A DNA stretch of 64,000 nucleotides from a virus, in the IMG/VR virus record IMGVR_UViG_3300008516_000204, positions 1 to 64,000 of that record; one strand, 5' to 3'. The translations under genes and the position numbers were made by a program. A model generated the notes under the pieces. The model was not told where the DNA came from and ran no database searches. It worked only from the letters and a program-made list of their open reading frames with translations. Shown one piece after another: positions 8,940 through 18,119 of this stretch; the first letter of the stretch is position 1; the number at the start of each line of letters is the position of its first letter.

Positions 8940-10697
8940 TTATTTTCCAAATACGATTCTGTTCCAACCTCTATCGGTTGTCTTTTTCACATCTCTCTTC
9001 TCCTCATCATTTTTCTTATCAGCATAAGGAGCATCTGCTATAAAACTTTTTCTCTGTGGTTCTTTTTTTACTTTTTCTTTCGTTTTTTCGACTTTCTTTT
9101 CTATCTTCGGCTCTTCTTTCTTTTCCTTGGCTTTAGGTTTCTCAGCTAAAAGTTTCTCACCACAGTCTGGACAAACTTGTTCAATACAAGGAGTACCTCT
9201 TTTGTGCTCTACTTCTTTATCACATTTAAGACAGTAACAAGTACTTCTGCCTCCAACTCCCTGTCTTGGATTACCTTGTCCTTGACCCTGCCCAACTTCG
9301 GGAGCTTTCTCTTCCACTTTAGATTCCTCTACTGCTTTCTCTGGAAGTCTTGAGAGAACCTCATCAATCTTTTTACCTAAATCCTTAAGGCTCGCTAAAA
9401 TTTCTTTTAGAGGAGCTTCAGGAGCTGGGTATTGTTTTCCAGCTTCTTCTTCCTTTTTAGGATATGGGTATTTTTCAGGATAAGGATATTCCTGTCCAAC
9501 CAACTTCGATACCTTTGCTTTTATCTCCTGCAACAACGCTTTTACATCTTCATTGGTCTCTTTTGCGAGAAGCTTATCCAATAAGAAAATAATCTCCTTT
9601 ACCTCTTCACCTAGTTTTGCATAAGGGTATGGATAATAAGGATAGGGATATTGTTTAGCATCTTCAACCTCATCAATTAGAAGTTCCCAGGTTGCTTCAT
9701 CATCGTCTTTTACCTCTTCTTCCTTTTTTTCTTCTACTTTAGGTTCTTCCTTCTTTTCTTCAACTGGTTCAGATTTTTCCTCTTTTGCTTCTGAAACTGT
9801 CTCACCAGTTTTATCTGGTAAAAGATTAATTTGAATAGTAGAAGTGTCATCTGAGGTTGTAGGAGCAGCTTCAGCCTTTGTATCCTCAACTTTTTCTTCG
9901 GACTTAATTTTTTCAGCAGCTTCTTCATCCTCTTTTTCGTACTTCTCCAGATCCTTCTTCTGAGCATCCTCCTTCTCTTCTACTCTACTATCCTCTTTCT
10001 TTTCTACCTTTGTGGGCTCTTCTTTTTTCTCCTCCACAACTTCTTCAGCCTTCTTTTCCTCGGCTTTGGGTTCTGTAGTCTCAACAACATCAGAAGTTCC
10101 ATCAGAAACAGTAATGTCGGTAGTATCAGAATCAGTAGTTTCGATTTTCTTTTCTTCTGCCATTTCTTTCCCCTCCTCTCTCTTTTTGATTTCGTCTGTA
10201 ATCGCTGTGTTAAAAGATTTATTTACTAATGCAAATTTCGCTTCAGGATTAGCTGGTAATCCAACAACACTTACCTCAAATAATTCTATGCCTGTAACCT
10301 CATTATAGCGTTTACCGTCTTTTCCCACTTTTTCCTCCGATGCTATCACTCTACCACCGATGCTGAAACTATCAAGGATGTCCTCTTCTATCAGTGTCCA
10401 CAGTTGGTCGGCTGTCTGGGAAATCTCAACAACAACTTTCAAACCCTTATCATCGATTCCTGTTTCAATGACTTTTCCGACGGGAAATTTTTGATGCTCA
10501 TGTTCGTAGAAAACAGTATGGTTTTCAAGCAAGTGGTCAGCAGCCTGTCGTAACGCTTCTATAGTGATAACTTCATTCTGCCTATCGAGGGCAGCAGTAG
10601 AAGCATACCCTCTGATAAGACGTTTGCCATCCTTTTTAGATTTCTTCAGAATATCTGTGTAAACCTTAAACTGTAAATTATCAAATAAATTGTTCAT
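8940..10697 (-). CDS. HK97-family prohead protease fused to an acidic scaffold-like region
   Basis: IRGYAST...DRQNE, H..PVG, FSIGG, ELFEVSVVGLPANPEA; long E/K-rich C-terminus. Confidence 0.9.
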   Translation of the reverse strand: MNNLFDNLQFKVYTDILKKSKKDGKRLIRGYASTAALDRQNEVITIEALRQAADHLLENHTVFYEHEHQKFPVGKVIETGIDDKGLKVVVEISQTADQLWTLIEEDILDSFSIGGRVIASEEKVGKDGKRYNEVTGIELFEVSVVGLPANPEAKFALVNKSFNTAITDEIKKREEGKEMAEEKKIETTDSDTTDITVSDGTSDVVETTEPKAEEKKAEEVVEEKKEEPTKVEKKEDSRVEEKEDAQKKDLEKYEKEDEEAAEKIKSEEKVEDTKAEAAPTTSDDTSTIQINLLPDKTGETVSEAKEEKSEPVEEKKEEPKVEEKKEEEVKDDDEATWELLIDEVEDAKQYPYPYYPYPYAKLGEEVKEIIFLLDKLLAKETNEDVKALLQEIKAKVSKLVGQEYPYPEKYPYPKKEEEAGKQYPAPEAPLKEILASLKDLGKKIDEVLSRLPEKAVEESKVEEKAPEVGQGQGQGNPRQGVGGRSTCYCLKCDKEVEHKRGTPCIEQVCPDCGEKLLAEKPKAKEKKEEPKIEKKVEKTKEKVKKEPQRKSFIADAPYADKKNDEEKRDVKKTTDRGWNRIVFGK

Positions 10698-12532
10698 TTC
10701 GTTTCCTCCTCTTTCGGTAACTCACTCTTTTCCATAGTCCAAATATCTGTTTTCGGATCTTCTCTCACAAATATATATAATCCTTTAAGATTTTTTCCTT
10801 TAAATCTGACTTTCTTAAATAAATCCGAATCCTCCAAAACTTCCGCTTTACCATCATCTGTCAAAACCGAATAAGCGGGCGTATTTTTTGTAGGATTAGC
10901 ATCAGCATTAACAATGGTCCACAATCTTTCCAGATGGTCCATCCAAACTTTATCATCTTTTTTCAATCGTGGAAATAGAACTGGTTTGGAAGTATATCTC
11001 TCACCCTTTTTGTCTTTAACAGTATAAATTTGCCCTTGAGATGTTTCATCCACTTTTTCCACTACGGTTACTTCAATAAGTTCATCTATTACTCCAGCAG
11101 GAGCCAGTGAACCATCCCATTCAAGTGCTTCCCTCACTTTACAAGGCTTATATATACAGGTTGTCTTATCAATTACTGATGGGTTTTCTGTGCATTGAAA
11201 ATGTGGAAAAGGCATTTCTCCATTATCTATTCTTACATCCCAGTATTGTTCCGATGGTCCACGCCTCACGACTATCTGTCCACGAAACCAATGCCAATGC
11301 AATGCAAATGGAAATGTTCCAACTTTCTTCTCTACAGATTTCTTTTTCGGTTGCTTTTTCAAATATTCAAAATAGGCATCCCTAATTTTCCTTCTTTCTC
11401 CAAGGCTTTCTTTAGTCCAGTATTTGAACTCAATAGGAACATTCTTTTTCAAATCTAATGGCAGTGCTGAAAAGCCTTTCGGTGGAACCCATTTTTTATT
11501 CACTGCTCGTCGTGAAATAACATAGGGGGTTTGCACAATCGGTTGAATACAAACCCAGAATACACCCAGTTTTGGTTTTCCTTCTGGAATTTTTGATGGG
11601 GGCAAAATAATTTTTTGAAGTTCGGATTTTCTAAACACTACGCAACCATTTTTGGTCAATGGAACCCAATTAATTTCAGTTGGATTGAGCTCCTCATTTA
11701 CATAAGCCAATGAAGCATTAAAACTGTTTAAAACATATTCTGGTAAAATTCCTCTCTTTACTAAACTTTCAAAAGCCTTCTGCTCTAATCTGCGAAATAC
11801 TAATCTGCCTTTTAGTTTTCCATCCATCCAGTATTCGTGATAATAACTTTTCTGGCAAAGATACTGTGCCTTGCCCTTATCTACGATTAAAAATACCGCT
11901 GGATATTCCTTAGTGGCTCCTACCGTTCCTTTCGGTGCGACTCCTTGAACCTCCATCCACTCAATTGGTATTCTTGCTTTTTCGTGTGCCCTTAATTCAG
12001 TCGGCTTTATCTGTCCAGCAGCAGTTCTCCGCATTGCAAATTTTCCAGTTTTCCAATCTATTTTAAATGCTTTACCTTCTTTTTCGATTCGCCTTGCCTC
12101 TTTCATAGTCACTACTGGCTCTTTAATAACGCCCTTTATCAAATCATCTATCGTCCAACCAATTGCATATTCGCCACGCTTCGCTATTATACGCAAATCG
12201 GTATGACAGCTCTTGCCTCGCCAATGATGATGGCATATATATTTATATGGACCTTTATCCTCGGCTGGAACTTCCTTGTATAGTAAAACTTGCTTCTCAA
12301 GTCTTTTTTTGGCTTCTGCTAATTCCTCTGGTGTAGTTTCCAAAAATTTTCTTTCCCTTTCTGAAAAATATTTCTTCATTATCTCATTATAGTACTTTCT
12401 AGAAAGTTTTTTCATTTTCTTCGGTTTTGCTGTAAAGACAGAAGGATTTTTTCTTTTTCTTTTAAGTAATTCTTTTAGTATCTTCCGCCCTAATACTAAT
12501 AATTCTTTTTTTGAAACTTCACTTAATTTCAT
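10694..12532 (-). CDS. Protein with two LigD-type DNA 3'-phosphoesterase (PE)-like domains
   Basis: ICHHHWRGKSCHTDLRI...GTVGA....FLIVDKG...GKLKGRLVFRR and FALHWH...QYWDVRI...DDG...FKGKNLKGLYIFVR resemble the LigD PE H..HxDxR and G.KL.G.y.l.R motifs. Confidence 0.65.
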   Translation of the reverse strand: MKLSEVSKKELLVLGRKILKELLKRKRKNPSVFTAKPKKMKKLSRKYYNEIMKKYFSERERKFLETTPEELAEAKKRLEKQVLLYKEVPAEDKGPYKYICHHHWRGKSCHTDLRIIAKRGEYAIGWTIDDLIKGVIKEPVVTMKEARRIEKEGKAFKIDWKTGKFAMRRTAAGQIKPTELRAHEKARIPIEWMEVQGVAPKGTVGATKEYPAVFLIVDKGKAQYLCQKSYYHEYWMDGKLKGRLVFRRLEQKAFESLVKRGILPEYVLNSFNASLAYVNEELNPTEINWVPLTKNGCVVFRKSELQKIILPPSKIPEGKPKLGVFWVCIQPIVQTPYVISRRAVNKKWVPPKGFSALPLDLKKNVPIEFKYWTKESLGERRKIRDAYFEYLKKQPKKKSVEKKVGTFPFALHWHWFRGQIVVRRGPSEQYWDVRIDNGEMPFPHFQCTENPSVIDKTTCIYKPCKVREALEWDGSLAPAGVIDELIEVTVVEKVDETSQGQIYTVKDKKGERYTSKPVLFPRLKKDDKVWMDHLERLWTIVNADANPTKNTPAYSVLTDDGKAEVLEDSDLFKKVRFKGKNLKGLYIFVREDPKTDIWTMEKSELPKEEETK

Positions 12533-12533
12533 A

Positions 12534-14540
12534 TTAGTCTTTCCACTGATTATTCCTCATTTTCCAAGAAGCATAGGCACAACCCAATCGCCAATCATCA
12601 CGAAGTACTGCATCCCCCAATTTAGTCGGGTCATAGGTTCTAATATCTATAATTTTTTGTAAATAAACTTTGTAAATAGTTTCGCCTTCCATTGGAATTA
12701 TTTTTTCCTGAAATACTAATCCTGCTTTCGCTTTCCTCACAGCACTATCTATCGTATCAACTTCTTTATCGGTTTTTCCGAGTTCTCTCGGAGACCAAGC
12801 TGTTACCTTTATCTCATCAGTTTTTTCATCTCGTTCCAAATTAAGTGTCTCATATTCCAGCAAAAATACATCGCCCTTTTTCATCGGTCGTGCGGAGGAA
12901 AATGTTTTCCCGACTTTGAGATATTTTTTCCCACCGATTTCTACTATAAGTTTTTCTGTAACTTTCTTACCCTGCGGGTCAAGTCCAAAAAGATAATTCC
13001 ATATATTTTTCACTTTTGTTTCTATGGCTTCTATGACAATTACATTCGCAACTCCAGAATTGTGAAATTTCCACTGATTACTTCTTTTCCCATCTAATCT
13101 ATATTTAGCAGTTGAGAGTTTAATTACATTTCCTTCTGAGCCATCAAGTTTTCTAAGAAATTGTGTGTGCTTTCTGATGTCTTCTACTGTCTTACTTAAA
13201 ACTGCTGGTACTCTATTCAATTTATATTTTAAATTTGGTTTTCTCCAAGTTGCTTGGGGAAATTTCAAAGTTTTTAATGCCTCCAACCTTTTTTCAAATG
13301 ACTCATTATGAATATCCTTACCATTCAGATAAGTTATGTCATAAACATTTGCAACTAAACCAGTTTCGTCTGGTTCTCCTTTTCTGTGAACTCGCCCTAT
13401 AACAGCTTCTCTCGGTTGATGTTTTAATCCTCCATCTACAGTTTTCCACAACTCAACCTCTGCTACAAACGAAAAATTATCGGAATCGAGTTTCTTTAGC
13501 TCCTCAACCAACTCTGGAAATCTGTCAGTATTATCCTCACCATCTTCACTAATAATTTTTGCTTTACCTTTATCATAGTGAAACTCCAAATTCAATCCAT
13601 CATATTTTTTTGTGGAATACCAAGGCCCCTTACTTTCATTTGCTACAATTGATACAAATAAATCTATAGTTTGTCTTTCTCTTGGAAAATATCCTCTTAT
13701 CGGTTTAAGTGGTAAATAAAATCTGAATAACTTGACTTTATCTTCTTCTGCCGAGGCTTTTGCCTGAGCTTTTATTTCTGGGGATGCTGCTCTTTGTTTA
13801 GTAGTTAAATTTTTCAGGCTCATCTCTACTATATTAAATTCTGGATTTAAAATAAATTCCAATTTACCAAGACAAATATCTGTATCGGATGGCTTAAAAT
13901 TAGCATCAAACCGATACCTGATTCGATGCCAGTATTCTTTAGGAAGTGCTCTCCATATTCTAAACTTGATAGCGACTGAAATAGATGGCGGAAGTTTTGG
14001 ATAGCTAAAAACGAAATCAATATATCTCTTAGTTTCACCTTTTGCTGGTAGTTCGCCAACTAACCACAGAAACTTTTCCTCAAACACAACAGAAGATAAA
14101 CCTTTCAGAATATCATCCAAACAAATATCCTCGCCAATTTCCACGCCAGATGAGCCAACTGGAATATAAGATTTTTCCTCTGATTTTTCTTCCATAACAG
14201 TCATCTGTAATTTTCCCAGTGGAACATTTGAGGTAAAAGGTCCTCGATAGGCATCCATCATAAAATGGCTACGACTTTTTAAATTGTCATCGAGTCCCTG
14301 CATTAATTTTTCTTCCAACTCTCGAAGCATCCTATCTGGTAGATACTCAGCTCGGTATAAAATATCAAAATCACCCTTTGTTTTCTTCCTATTAACTATC
14401 CCTCCTGTCAAAAATAGAAAGGGATTTTTTATTACAAAAGAATCCATAACTGAAATTACTTCCGATAATTTAATAGGTTTCATATCAGGAGTTACCTTTC
14501 TGGGATTAACTATTAAATCTTTTTTGGTACTTTCTTTCAT
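12534..14540 (-). CDS. ATP-dependent DNA ligase with N-terminal nucleotidyltransferase-like domains
   Basis: Motif I KKYDG, III AEVE, IIIa VYDITY, IV EGNVIK, V WK; N-terminal LTGG-x9-DFD Pol-beta-type NTase signature plus a degenerate second copy. Confidence 0.85.
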   Translation of the reverse strand: MKESTKKDLIVNPRKVTPDMKPIKLSEVISVMDSFVIKNPFLFLTGGIVNRKKTKGDFDILYRAEYLPDRMLRELEEKLMQGLDDNLKSRSHFMMDAYRGPFTSNVPLGKLQMTVMEEKSEEKSYIPVGSSGVEIGEDICLDDILKGLSSVVFEEKFLWLVGELPAKGETKRYIDFVFSYPKLPPSISVAIKFRIWRALPKEYWHRIRYRFDANFKPSDTDICLGKLEFILNPEFNIVEMSLKNLTTKQRAASPEIKAQAKASAEEDKVKLFRFYLPLKPIRGYFPRERQTIDLFVSIVANESKGPWYSTKKYDGLNLEFHYDKGKAKIISEDGEDNTDRFPELVEELKKLDSDNFSFVAEVELWKTVDGGLKHQPREAVIGRVHRKGEPDETGLVANVYDITYLNGKDIHNESFEKRLEALKTLKFPQATWRKPNLKYKLNRVPAVLSKTVEDIRKHTQFLRKLDGSEGNVIKLSTAKYRLDGKRSNQWKFHNSGVANVIVIEAIETKVKNIWNYLFGLDPQGKKVTEKLIVEIGGKKYLKVGKTFSSARPMKKGDVFLLEYETLNLERDEKTDEIKVTAWSPRELGKTDKEVDTIDSAVRKAKAGLVFQEKIIPMEGETIYKVYLQKIIDIRTYDPTKLGDAVLRDDWRLGCAYASWKMRNNQWKD

Positions 14541-14560
14541 ATTTTTAAAAATGTTAGGAG

Positions 14561-14641
14561 GACGAATAAGAGGATATCCTCTATATTAGCCCTGGGTTAG
14601 GTCATCTTTTTTGGCTACTTTGGACCCATCCCCTATTCGTC
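14561..14641 (-). ncRNA. Candidate structured RNA element between portal and ligase
   Basis: Closing stem GACGAATAGGGG/CTCTTATTCGTC (G-U pairs on the minus strand), inner TGGGTC/GACCTA and TAGCC/GGCTA pairings. Confidence 0.4.
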
Positions 14642-16015
14642 TCATTCCCTTTCCTTATCTTCTTTCAAAAATTTGATAATTCTTTTCGATCTCTTATCTC
14701 TTTTGGTCTCTTTTTTTCTCTGTTTCTTTTTTGGCTTTTCCTGTGGTTCTTCAATTTCTTCTTGCTCAATTGAACGCTTTTTCTTGGATGGTAATCCCCT
14801 GTCTCTGCGAACTTCCTCGATATCACGAATTCCAGCCTCCAAATCAATCTGGTCTATCTTTGCTGCATCCAAAGCATCTCGTAAATCCAATTCAGCAAAT
14901 TTAAAAGTATATTTATCTGTAAACTCCGAAATTAATGACTTATTTAATTTGGCTGCTATCATTTTTTGGAGTGGAATAATCTTCTCTGTTTTAAAAGCGT
15001 TTGCCTGTTCCTTACTATTGGCTCTATTGCTCGATTCAACAATTCCAACCATAATCGGAGGAACACCAAGAACAGCCAAAATCTCATCTCGGTTAAACTT
15101 CCGCTGATTCAAAAACTCCATATCCTTTGGAGGAGTTCCGATTGGAGTTATCTTTGCCCCGCCTTCTGTTATAATTGTCTTATGGGATTTGCCACTACCC
15201 TTGTAAACAGTTCGCCAATATTCCCTCATTCTCTTCAGCTGTGGTAAGGTACAATTACCTAAATCAACATGAAGTCTTGGTGTTGCATCATTTTTGAAAA
15301 AGTCTTTATTATAAGCTTGAGCATAAAGGTCAGTTTCAATAGGTATGATTAAACTTTCTAAGGGAGATAAACCATAGACCTCTGAACCAGGATTAATTAA
15401 CCTAAAGTGAATAATCTGATTAAGGTCGAATTCGGCAACTACCTGCCAGTCAAAAACTTGAACATAACCCAATATTTTCCCATGCTCATCAACTTTTATT
15501 CTCATTGAGGGACAATATACATTATAAAGGGCTACTGGTAAATCAGTAACCCTATCTCTCACAACCTCAATATAGGCATCGCCATAAATATGCAAATCTG
15601 TAATAATTTCAGCAACTATATCTGAAAATGTATCATCTGCATTGGGTTCTTCTAATAAGTCCTTTAAAGCTCCTATCTGTGAGTTTGAAGATAACTTCTT
15701 GCTCAATACAGCTTCTTTTGAATCAATCGCACCCTCTATAGAAACCAAACGCCACCCGTTTGAGGTGGCGGTTCTAACTATAACATCGACGGCTGCCCGA
15801 ACCCAAGATTCTTTCTTGTATATCTGCTCCAGCATTGAGTAACTAACACGGGTGTCCCTACCTTTGGTTGAATCGCTTTCGCTATAATCGTGAATATATG
15901 ATGCTGGGTCTACTTTGGGCTCTTGGACCACTTTTTTCTGTAGATCTTGTATCTCTGCAATAAGCTTATCTTTTTCTCGCTTATGCCTATTAAAGAAAGG
16001 AAAGGCCAAATTCAC
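14642..16015 (-). CDS. Portal protein, HK97 family
   Basis: WV.AAV..I, PN......I.DL.IYGDAY, IIHFR......YGLSPL, DMEFL..RKF.R.EI....GVPP. Confidence 0.93.
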   Translation of the reverse strand: MNLAFPFFNRHKREKDKLIAEIQDLQKKVVQEPKVDPASYIHDYSESDSTKGRDTRVSYSMLEQIYKKESWVRAAVDVIVRTATSNGWRLVSIEGAIDSKEAVLSKKLSSNSQIGALKDLLEEPNADDTFSDIVAEIITDLHIYGDAYIEVVRDRVTDLPVALYNVYCPSMRIKVDEHGKILGYVQVFDWQVVAEFDLNQIIHFRLINPGSEVYGLSPLESLIIPIETDLYAQAYNKDFFKNDATPRLHVDLGNCTLPQLKRMREYWRTVYKGSGKSHKTIITEGGAKITPIGTPPKDMEFLNQRKFNRDEILAVLGVPPIMVGIVESSNRANSKEQANAFKTEKIIPLQKMIAAKLNKSLISEFTDKYTFKFAELDLRDALDAAKIDQIDLEAGIRDIEEVRRDRGLPSKKKRSIEQEEIEEPQEKPKKKQRKKETKRDKRSKRIIKFLKEDKERE

Positions 16016-17030
16016 TCCTAAAATTGTAAAATTAAGACCAAAAAGATATTAGGGGACAAACTACCCCTCACTACTATTATACGTAAAAAGTCCAAAAATT
16101 ATAAGTAAAATTTTAAAATAATTTCTCTAAATAGCCCTCTACTTACAAAACCATAAGGCAAGTAAAATTTAACATATTGGCATTGAAAGAGTTATAACTA
16201 TTTTGTTTGCATCTAATAGCCCAAATACTACTAATTACTAATAACTACTAAAATAGTATTTCTCTCTGAATTTGTCGCAAAAAGTTATAATAATATGCGA
16301 CAGGCATCCAAATTTTGGAACTTTTCTGATTTTTTCGCAGAAAATTAAGGTATCACCCCAACCACTACAAAAATTTGGAACTATCAATTACTACTTATAA
16401 GTTGTATGTAAACCTACAGTAAACTGTATAAAACTATACATAAATCTGTATAGATACATACAATTCAAAGATATGTGAGAATAGAATTACCAAACAAATA
16501 GTGAGATAAAGGTGTTAATGTTAGGTAATAAGTTACTATACAATATAGCAAGCCTAATCTGACCACAAAATTTTACTACAGGATATAGCAAATCTGGACT
16601 AAATCAAACCTTTGAAAAACAGTATAGAATGAGCTAAGGCAAGAATTATTGTAACCCCAATAAAGATAAAGAGATAAGTACAATCACACCGAAAAGTGTA
16701 AGAATATACACATATAGGTACCCACCGACCAACAATATCATCATAATTTTCGGAAATCATTTATAAATCCCGTTCAATAAATAAGTTGTGTCATTTTATT
16801 ATACTCGTCTCCTCAATCACAGCCTCCGACGACACCCGACGAACAGCGACGGGACGGCTCTGCCTCTCTATATCTGTTATGTTGCTCTGTATTTATACCC
16901 GTTATTTTTATCCCATTTATCCCCCCTGTTTTATTATAATTATATGCTACGGGCAAGAGTATCCCGTTTTTCTCTGTATGTTATAATAGTCTGCTATCTG
17001 TAAGGGTATTCAAAGTTTTTTTATTTTACC
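16016..17030. other. Non-coding divergence hub (candidate origin / genome end / late promoter region)
   Basis: About 1 kb without a credible ORF between the divergent arms; many inverted repeats; purine/pyrimidine skew flips near 16785. Confidence 0.65.
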
Positions 17031-17032
17031 CC

Positions 17033-17060
17033 TTGACATTTCGGTATTTTGTGATAAGCT
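17033..17060 (+). promoter_or_regulatory. sigma70-type early promoter P1
   Basis: TTGACA-N16-TAAGCT with extended -10 TG. Confidence 0.65.
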
Positions 17061-17084
17061 ATAGAGTGGAAGGAGAAAAAGACG

Positions 17085-17204
17085 ATGAGAACGCTAAGAG
17101 GACAGGCAAGGGTGAGAGGAAGCAAAGGCCAGTCAGACATACTGGTTCTGGGGTTTATAGGTTATCTGGTTTTGATTGTGGTTGTGGTTCTTTGTATATT
17201 TTAA
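17085..17204 (+). CDS. 39-aa membrane peptide with a class III (prepilin-like) signal
   Basis: SD GGAAGGAG; MRTLRGQARVRGSKG|QSDILVLGFIGYLVLIVVVVLCIF. Confidence 0.6.
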   Translation: MRTLRGQARVRGSKGQSDILVLGFIGYLVLIVVVVLCIF

Positions 17205-17219
17205 GGGAGGCGATTTAAA

Positions 17220-17450
17220 ATGTTTTCTATAGACAGACAAGAGGAACGAGAGTATAACAAGAGATACGCTAAAGGGGTTAAACCTCGTTATTTTAAGGCT
17301 TATCAAAAATACCCCTGTGTTATAACTTCGGATAAGTGTCAGGCCAGATTGCTACAAAAAAGATTTAAGCATACCACTACAAAAAAAGAGGGTAATTTTT
17401 ATATTGTAACCTTACAGCCTAAAAAGATATATCCTAATGTTACTTATTAG
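17220..17450 (+). CDS. Hypothetical early protein
   Basis: SD GGGAGG, ORF track. Confidence 0.65.
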   Translation: MFSIDRQEEREYNKRYAKGVKPRYFKAYQKYPCVITSDKCQARLLQKRFKHTTTKKEGNFYIVTLQPKKIYPNVTY

Positions 17451-17609
17451 AGAAAGGATTTTAAAATGACTACTATTTACACTTGGATTTATCGCATACT
17501 GGAGACGATAGACGGGGAGCGGGGCTTGAGACTTCTGTCTTATGCAATAGCGGAACGATTAAAGATTAGATTGCTTAACAAAATTAAATAATAAAGGAGG
17601 CGATAAAAA

Positions 17610-17930
17610 ATGGAAGAGCTTATCAAGGCAGTAAAAAAACATTCTGGAATGACAGAAGAAGATTTACTCGGTGTTAGAAATGCAAATGATGGGTATGCGG
17701 GATTTACCTATTACAAAGACACTTGCGAGTTTTACAATGAGTATGCCTCAGAAATATGGAAACAGTTAAACGAGACAGCGGAGCAGTTAGGCCAGACAGT
17801 TATTGAGATGATAGCTTCCTTTGGTTGCAGAGATAGTATCGTTAACGACAACACTTTTAAAAATGCTTTGGCTTGGTTTGCACTTGAGGAGGTAGCAAGA
17901 TATTTGCAAGACAAGAAAGAGACAGACTAA
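17610..17930 (+). CDS. Conserved phage hypothetical early protein
   Basis: SD AGGAGG; GF.YY.DT..FY..N.LAW.A.EE motif seen in phage early proteins. Confidence 0.75.
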   Translation: MEELIKAVKKHSGMTEEDLLGVRNANDGYAGFTYYKDTCEFYNEYASEIWKQLNETAEQLGQTVIEMIASFGCRDSIVNDNTFKNALAWFALEEVARYLQDKKETD

Positions 17931-17959
17931 AAATAGTTTGATACAAAGGAGGTGCTAAA

Positions 17960-18118
17960 ATGGGCAATATGAGTTATTGCAGATTTAGAAATACTGCAAG
18001 AGATTTACAGGATTGCTATGACAATTTAGATAATGATTTATCCGAAGAAGAAAAACAGGCTAGGGAAAGACTTATAGAATTATGTAAAGATATAGCGAGA
18101 GAAACAAAGGGGGCTTAA
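17960..18118 (+). CDS. Small phage protein (NMSYCRF.NT..DL.DC family)
   Basis: SD AGGAGGTG; MGNMSYCRFRNTARDLQDCY...; below the ORF-track cutoff. Confidence 0.75.
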   Translation: MGNMSYCRFRNTARDLQDCYDNLDNDLSEEEKQARERLIELCKDIARETKGA

Positions 18119-18119
18119 A

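Noticed and set aside
14541-14644. Portal-ligase fusion by readthrough or frameshift
   Set aside because: The portal frame has TAG after two further codons, the ligase frame is closed by TAA at 14586-88, and no in-frame slippery heptamer was seen.
16786-17003. Two overlapping 66-71-aa ORFs in the hub
   Set aside because: No SD, low-complexity T/C-rich composition, upstream of the first promoter.
17033-17218. ORF-track 61-aa ORF starting at TTG 17033
   Set aside because: Its start is the -35 box of P1. The SD-preceded ATG at 17085 in another frame is more credible.
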